Shown: positions 58,298 to 64,000 of the stretch, piece after piece
How positions within the stretch are numbered: the stretch's first letter is position 1
Layout of the letters: each line of letters starts with the position of its first letter
From: an archaeon
GTDB lineage: Archaea; Nanobdellota; Nanobdellia; Pacearchaeales; DTIR01
Length of the DNA stretch: 64,000 nt
Direction of reading: 5' to 3'
Assembly: GCA_043808285.1 (NCBI GenBank)
Contig: JAZDFA010000007.1
Coordinates: 29,100-93,099 of the forward strand
Notes under the pieces: model-generated
The model's input: the letters and a program-made list of their open reading frames with translations, nothing else
The model's database searches: none
What the model was told of the DNA's origin: nothing
Translations under genes and position numbers: made by a program

Positions 58298-58425
58298 ATC
58301 AAAAAATTCCTTGAGTTTTACCACACCCTAAAGGGCGTGGTTTGCTTGAAATTTTAGGATGATCCAAAATTAAACCACAAACAAAAACTCCACACTTAAA
58401 AAAGTGTGGTTTCAATTTATGGACA
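58298..58425 (+). mobile_element. Modular hairpin element, copy 6 (A-D), ending on the helicase ATG
   Basis: A nearly identical to copy 3 including the nested hairpin; D shared with copy 5. Confidence 0.85.
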
Positions 58426-60002
58426 TGATAGAAGGAATAAACCCGAGGGAATACCAGCAGAAAATTTTTGAAACATGCTCTAAGAAAAACTGCCTTGTAG
58501 TACTTCCTACTGGCATGGGCAAGACTCTTATTGCATTAATGCTTGCAGTGCAAAGGCAAAAGGAAGTGAGGCAATCAAAAGTGTTATTTCTCGCTCCAAC
58601 CAAGCCATTGGCAGAACAGCATTTCAAGTATTTTCAAAAACATCTCCCCCAATTGTACGGGCAGTTTGAACTTTTCACCGGGAAAGTTAATGCCGCAAAA
58701 AGAAAAGAGCTATGGAAAAAATCTGATGTTGTTTTTTCAACACCCCAGTGCATTGCAAATGATCTCAAAAGCGAGAGAATAAGCCTTGAAGATGTTTCGC
58801 TTCTTGTCGAGGATGAAGCGCACAGGTGCCTCAAAAGCTATGATTATGTTTATGTTGTAAAAAAATACAGGGAGCAGGGCAAAAACCAAAGAATTTTAGG
58901 GCTTACTGCTTCCCCGGGAAGTGACAAGAGCGTAATACAAAAAATATGTGAAAACCTTGACATAGAGGCTGTTGAGATAAGAACAAGAGAAAGCGGAGAT
59001 GTCAAGGAATACTTACAGGAGCTGCAAACAGAAGTTGAAAAAGTTGACTTGCCGCCCGATTTTGTAAAGATAAGAGATTTGATGGAGGAGATATTCAAAA
59101 GAAAAGCAGAGGAACTAAAAAATAGAAAACTGCTTTTTGCCCCCCCCACTAAAAAAAATCTTCTTGAATTGCAGGGAAGCATAATGAATTCTATCTCTTC
59201 TGGAAACAAGCACTTCAACTTACTAAAAGGTGCAAGCGTATGCGCACAGGCAATTAAAGTGCAGCATGCACTTGAGATGATTGAAACTCAGGGAGCTGAG
59301 ATGTTTTATGATTATGTTAAAGGATTATTTGATCAGGCTGCCAAAGGCAAGAGCATGGCGGTAAAACATCTTGTCAAAACTACTGAATTGAACAGGGCAT
59401 ATATGATTGCTTCTGAATTAAAAATAAGGGGAATAAAGCATCCAAAACTTGAGAAGCTTAAAGAGATAATATCAAAAAGCATATTGCAAAACCCCAAGCT
59501 GAAAGCAATAATTTTTTCCCAGTATCGAAACACTGCCCTAGCAATATGTAAAGAACTAAATGGAATAGGAGGTATAAATGCCAGAGTTTTTCTGGGACAA
59601 ACAATGAAGGACGGGAAAGGCTTAAGCCAAAAGGAACAGCAGGAACTCATCAGGGATTTCGGCCTGGGAAAAGTGAACATGCTTGTTGCTACATCAATAG
59701 GGGAAGAAGGATTGGATATCCCAGAAGTAAACTTGGTGATTTTTTATGAACCGATACCTTCTGCAATAAGAAGAATACAGAGAATCGGGAGAACTGCAAG
59801 GCTTATGCCTGGAAAAGTTGTGATACTTGTTACAAGAAAAACCAGGGATGAGGCATACCACTATGCATCAATTGCAAAAGAGAAAAAAATGTATGGCATA
59901 TTAAATAACATGGGGAAAGAATTTAAAGATAAAGATAGCATTATTACATTAGACGATTTCGCAATAAAAGAAGAGGGGGAGAAAAGTAAAAATGTCTTTT
60001 GA
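58425..60002 (+). CDS. Hef/FANCM-like SF2 helicase without ERCC4 nuclease domain
   Basis: PREYQ; LPTGMGKT; DEAH; GLTASPG; EEGLDIP; QRIGRTAR. Confidence 0.92.
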   Translation: MIEGINPREYQQKIFETCSKKNCLVVLPTGMGKTLIALMLAVQRQKEVRQSKVLFLAPTKPLAEQHFKYFQKHLPQLYGQFELFTGKVNAAKRKELWKKSDVVFSTPQCIANDLKSERISLEDVSLLVEDEAHRCLKSYDYVYVVKKYREQGKNQRILGLTASPGSDKSVIQKICENLDIEAVEIRTRESGDVKEYLQELQTEVEKVDLPPDFVKIRDLMEEIFKRKAEELKNRKLLFAPPTKKNLLELQGSIMNSISSGNKHFNLLKGASVCAQAIKVQHALEMIETQGAEMFYDYVKGLFDQAAKGKSMAVKHLVKTTELNRAYMIASELKIRGIKHPKLEKLKEIISKSILQNPKLKAIIFSQYRNTALAICKELNGIGGINARVFLGQTMKDGKGLSQKEQQELIRDFGLGKVNMLVATSIGEEGLDIPEVNLVIFYEPIPSAIRRIQRIGRTARLMPGKVVILVTRKTRDEAYHYASIAKEKKMYGILNNMGKEFKDKDSIITLDDFAIKEEGEKSKNVF

Positions 60003-62799
60003 AGGGTTTTTAAGAGGTTTTATAAAAGTCTTGCTAATTTTCAATATGATTCTGATATCACTAATGATAGTCAAATTCCAATTAAACATCTCAAGCAATA
60101 TGGTCTTTTACATGTCTCCAATGCATCAGTCAATAGAATCTTTCAACAATGAGACAAAAACGATTTATCTCAAAATGGAGACAATAACAACATACTCCTG
60201 CATTATTGAATGCAATTATGAGTTTAATGATTTAAGCGACAACAAAACAATAGATTCGGGAATTCTTTCATTCTCAAGAAAAAAGGATTTCTCTAAAAGC
60301 TACAATATAACCTCTCCCCTCTTAGGATATGGCCAGAAGGTTTACCATTTCGATGTTTTATGCAGGAACAAAAAAAGCATTTCATGCTGGTTTAGAAACC
60401 CTACAAGGGGGGCTTCTTCTGCAATATTGCTTAATTACAAATTAAGGGGGGTGGAAGAGAGCATGAAGAATCAGCTTAAAATAAATTTGGCAGATGTACT
60501 CAAAGACCTATCAGTTATTGATGTTATGACCCAGATGCAGGACTTGGCAATAACCGATACCGATTCTGTTGTGAATTTTGTGCAGATAAATTCAAACAAA
60601 AGCAGCCTGGATGCCAATTTTTCAAAACTTAAGGAGAGATCAGAGGAAGCAAGAAGATTATGGGGGGAGGAGAATTATGCAGAATTATACTTGAAAATGA
60701 AAGAAATCCAGCAGGCAAATCCAAAAAGGCTATTAGATGAAACAAATCTGACATCTATTGAAATAGATAATGCAATAATCATGCATAACTTAATTGCAAA
60801 TTCAATTGCTTCCAAAAAAGAAAACACGAATATAATCCTCAATATCCTCATGCTTGATGTAATCCCTTCAAGCATGGCAAATCATACCAATAATTACCTC
60901 TCTTCATTAAATTACTTTTTTGATGCATTGAATGGAAAAAAATTTGTCAGCTACAATGACATACTTTCTGGAGTTGCATCACTGGACTATCCTTATGAGA
61001 TAATAAAGAATAGTGGAAATACAAGCTTCAGCTACTTAATCGGAAAGGGGAATGAATTGACTGCCCAGGGCAGTCAATTAACATGCAGTCTGAAGGGGTA
61101 TATCTGCAATAATGATGCGCCTTTGTCAATTTATAATGATGGAAAGGCAAACAGCTTGCAGGTTGAGAGAATCTGCATAAATCTTGCTTCACTAAAAAAT
61201 AAAATGGCTGATGCAGATGCAAATTTTACATTATACTATTACAAAAAAAGGCATCCAGAGATGGGGGCAGTATCCTTTGAAGAAGCGTATGCAAATCTGA
61301 CAATAGAATTGAATCTAACAAGATACAACTCGAATAACGAGTTTATCTCGCTAAAGCAGGCAATTTTGCAAAACCAGACATCTGTTATAAAAAATAAATG
61401 GATTGGTTCATTAAACGGGATCACTCAAGAAAATAACGCAAAAGTGAGCGCATTGAATAATGATATTAAGGAGAGAAACAATACTGTTGTTAATGAAACA
61501 ATATTCTATTCCTGCAATCTTATGCTAAGACTATTTAATGAAGAGAATAACACTATCAAAAAAAATTATCTTTTCCCGAAAGTAGAGGAGGAGTGCAGAA
61601 AATACATAAATCACATCTCCAGCTCTAAAGATAATTTTACTGCCTTAGACATGCCAATGTTGAAGGCGGCAACTCTGGAGAACGCTTCAGAATTCATTGA
61701 ATCTAATATAACTGACTCCCAGATACTAGACTTAAGCAGAGAGATGGTAATTGCCGTCCTGAACATAACATTACAAGATATTGACAAATATATCAATGAC
61801 TATTGCAGCAAGGTGACATCAAATCTTTCAGGAAAAATAGTTGAAGAAGGAGTATTAAAAAATACTCTCTTTTTAGTGCAGGAAGTTAATTTTGCAAAAA
61901 AGAGAAGTTATAATGTGACCATGAGGATAAATTTAACTTTAATAGATCCTTCTGCAAAATGCTGTGTTTTTGGGCAATGTGAAAAATGCTGCATAAATGA
62001 TGATTGCAGGAATGAAGAATCATTATTTCCAGTTATAATATTCCATGGCCATGCATTCAACAAGGATTCCCCCCCTACATTTTCTTTAGACATATCAGAA
62101 AGCATACAAAATAGCCTTACAAAAGACGGATACATTGATGCAGGGATACTACTCCCATTTTCAAATTACACAGGAGTAATTAAAAATGATCTAGGAGCCG
62201 CAAGAAAGCCGGTGAGTATTAGGGCTACCTATTATGTGGATTTCAACAGCGAAAATTTTAGAGTAGATGAACTAAACCAGACAATAAAAAATTATAGTTC
62301 AAGAATAAAAGAGATTATAGATTTTGTGAGGTATAGAACTGGAAAATCAAAGGTGAATATTATTGCACATTCAATGGGGGGATTGGTAGTGAGACAGTAT
62401 CTAGAGGATTATGGTGAAAAAGATGTAAACAAACTCATAACAATTGCAACACCCCACCAGGGAATAAGTGAAAAAACAAGGGAGATATGCCTTATATCTG
62501 GCAGGCAGAGAGAGTGTTATGAGATGAGCGAGGGAAGCGATTTCTTAAAAAATCTAAATGGAATACCCTTAAAGAATGAAACGAAAATTTATAGCATATA
62601 TGCAAGTGGCTGTGACACTGAAGGGAAAGATGGGGACAAGGTAGTGCAAAAAGATTCTGCAATCCTTGCAAATGCCATCAATTACGAAATGAAAGCCAAT
62701 TGCAGCAGGATATTTGATGTGCCCCATCTTGCGATAATGGATATAGCAGAATACCCTAAAACATATGAGATAATCAAGAGCATCTTAAACGAAAGATAA
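59992..62799 (+). CDS. Large membrane-anchored protein with C-terminal alpha/beta hydrolase (lipase/esterase-like)
   Basis: N-terminal TM; many NxS/T sequons; PVIIFHG; IIAHSMGG; ATPHQG; DKVV; PH. Confidence 0.85.
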   Translation: MSFEGFLRGFIKVLLIFNMILISLMIVKFQLNISSNMVFYMSPMHQSIESFNNETKTIYLKMETITTYSCIIECNYEFNDLSDNKTIDSGILSFSRKKDFSKSYNITSPLLGYGQKVYHFDVLCRNKKSISCWFRNPTRGASSAILLNYKLRGVEESMKNQLKINLADVLKDLSVIDVMTQMQDLAITDTDSVVNFVQINSNKSSLDANFSKLKERSEEARRLWGEENYAELYLKMKEIQQANPKRLLDETNLTSIEIDNAIIMHNLIANSIASKKENTNIILNILMLDVIPSSMANHTNNYLSSLNYFFDALNGKKFVSYNDILSGVASLDYPYEIIKNSGNTSFSYLIGKGNELTAQGSQLTCSLKGYICNNDAPLSIYNDGKANSLQVERICINLASLKNKMADADANFTLYYYKKRHPEMGAVSFEEAYANLTIELNLTRYNSNNEFISLKQAILQNQTSVIKNKWIGSLNGITQENNAKVSALNNDIKERNNTVVNETIFYSCNLMLRLFNEENNTIKKNYLFPKVEEECRKYINHISSSKDNFTALDMPMLKAATLENASEFIESNITDSQILDLSREMVIAVLNITLQDIDKYINDYCSKVTSNLSGKIVEEGVLKNTLFLVQEVNFAKKRSYNVTMRINLTLIDPSAKCCVFGQCEKCCINDDCRNEESLFPVIIFHGHAFNKDSPPTFSLDISESIQNSLTKDGYIDAGILLPFSNYTGVIKNDLGAARKPVSIRATYYVDFNSENFRVDELNQTIKNYSSRIKEIIDFVRYRTGKSKVNIIAHSMGGLVVRQYLEDYGEKDVNKLITIATPHQGISEKTREICLISGRQRECYEMSEGSDFLKNLNGIPLKNETKIYSIYASGCDTEGKDGDKVVQKDSAILANAINYEMKANCSRIFDVPHLAIMDIAEYPKTYEIIKSILNER

Positions 62800-62940
62800 A
62801 CCTATGAAACATTGATTTAGAACTTTTTTTCATAAGGGATTTAAAAGGCTTTTTGGTATAGATCTCAGAATGTCCGTTCTAACCTCTTGAAGTGGGGGAC
62901 GGGAGGTTAACCTCTTTTTTGCCTCCTACCCGACTTCTTT

Positions 62941-63897
62941 TTATAACCATTTTTTAGTCTTGAAATAAATATACAAAGATACCATTGAGAGTATTATTAA
63001 TCCTAGTGCGAAAACATACCCATACTCCCAATACAACTCAGGCATACTCCATTCTGAAACTTTCTGGAAATTCATTCCATATATGCTTGCTATGAGTGTG
63101 GGGATAAGTATAAGGGAGCCCCAGGCAGTCATCTTCTTTATTGTATTATTCAGCATGTTAGAAATTGTTGAAAGGTATATCTCTGTAATTCCTATCGCAA
63201 GATCTCTGTAAGTCTCGCTTGTATCTATTAACTGAAATAGGTCATTATATAGGAAACGGAATTCTGATGCTTCTTTTTCACTTATCATCTTGCAATACCC
63301 TTTTTCAACAGAACTCACAACTTCACGATTAGCTATTGCTGTCTTGTGCAGATCTATAATCTGCCTCTTTATCCCAAACAGCTTTGATATCTGGCTTCTT
63401 TCCGGCCTCTTTATTACCTCTTCTTCTATTGAATTTATCTGTTCTGCAATATTCTCCAAAAGCAAGGACATCTCTTCAATTACAGAATTTGTTATGTTGT
63501 AAACAAAATTTGATTGTGTTGATGCATTGATTTCTTTTGAAAGTATGCTATTTTCAAGGTCATTCAAAAGAGTTGTCTCGTTCCTGCTCAATGTAAGTAT
63601 GTTATTGTTCGGAAGCAGGAAAATAAGTATTGTATCTCTTTGAATCTTGCCATCTTTCTTGTCTATAATCCCAAAAAATATTGCTGAAAAATGCTCGCTG
63701 TTTATTATGTGAGGTCTTGTGCTGTCTTGGAGAAAATGTAGCAGTCTTTCTTCTTTGAGCCCTATCTTTCTAGAGATTAGTGATATCTCCTCCTCTGTGG
63801 GTGAATAGCAGTTAAGCCAGCTTACCGCATCAGAGTCAATCTCTTCCAGGCTGCCTTTGCGAAATATCCCTCTTTTTTTCTCAAATACTTTAAGCAT
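62941..63897 (-). CDS. corA: CorA Mg2+/Co2+ transporter
   Basis: PTLIASIYGMNF; MPEL.W.YGY. Confidence 0.93.
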   Translation of the reverse strand: MLKVFEKKRGIFRKGSLEEIDSDAVSWLNCYSPTEEEISLISRKIGLKEERLLHFLQDSTRPHIINSEHFSAIFFGIIDKKDGKIQRDTILIFLLPNNNILTLSRNETTLLNDLENSILSKEINASTQSNFVYNITNSVIEEMSLLLENIAEQINSIEEEVIKRPERSQISKLFGIKRQIIDLHKTAIANREVVSSVEKGYCKMISEKEASEFRFLYNDLFQLIDTSETYRDLAIGITEIYLSTISNMLNNTIKKMTAWGSLILIPTLIASIYGMNFQKVSEWSMPELYWEYGYVFALGLIILSMVSLYIYFKTKKWL

Positions 63898-63966
63898 GTA
63901 TTATAAAGAAGATTGATGCTTAAAAATTTAATTAATGATAGAATTTAAAATATGCCATTTCTTATC

Positions 63967-64000
63967 ATGAAAATGATAAAGGCAATAATATTTGATCTGG
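63967..64000 (+). CDS. 5' end of probable HAD-family hydrolase, partial
   Basis: MKMIKAIIFDL matches the HAD motif I start. Confidence 0.6.
   Translation, partial: MKMIKAIIFDL

Noticed and set aside
52777-58424. Shared MWFQF.D N-termini on rhomboid and helicase ORFs
   Set aside because: Artefact of repeat module D; real starts are 52798 and 58425

Overview
AT-rich, gene-dense chromosomal window from a small-genome archaeon, most likely DPANN (Pacearchaeota/Woesearchaeota-like). This is inferred from archaeal information genes (rpl44e, rps3ae, rps8e, rps17e, TFB, TFE, Alba, Sm, EndA, Hef), TATA promoters, a short AlaRS and a bacterial-type LeuRS. It holds 7 intron-less tRNAs, glycogen metabolism, ABC and metal transporters and several secreted degradative enzymes. 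There is no rRNA, CRISPR array or transposase gene. Three observations stand out. (1) An operon of a class III signal (pilin-like) protein, a ~2200-aa Cys-rich surface protein and a membrane-anchored lytic transglycosylase-amidase fusion, i.e. a peptidoglycan-cutting module in an archaeon. (2) An unannotated Leu-rich leader peptide with competing hairpins directly upstream of leuA-leuS, resembling bacterial ribosome-mediated attenuation. (3) Six copies of a modular, all-hairpin intergenic element, each bounded by AT, with nested CTAAAG hairpins; two copies sit on gene start codons. All calls come from reading the sequence by eye; no searches were run.
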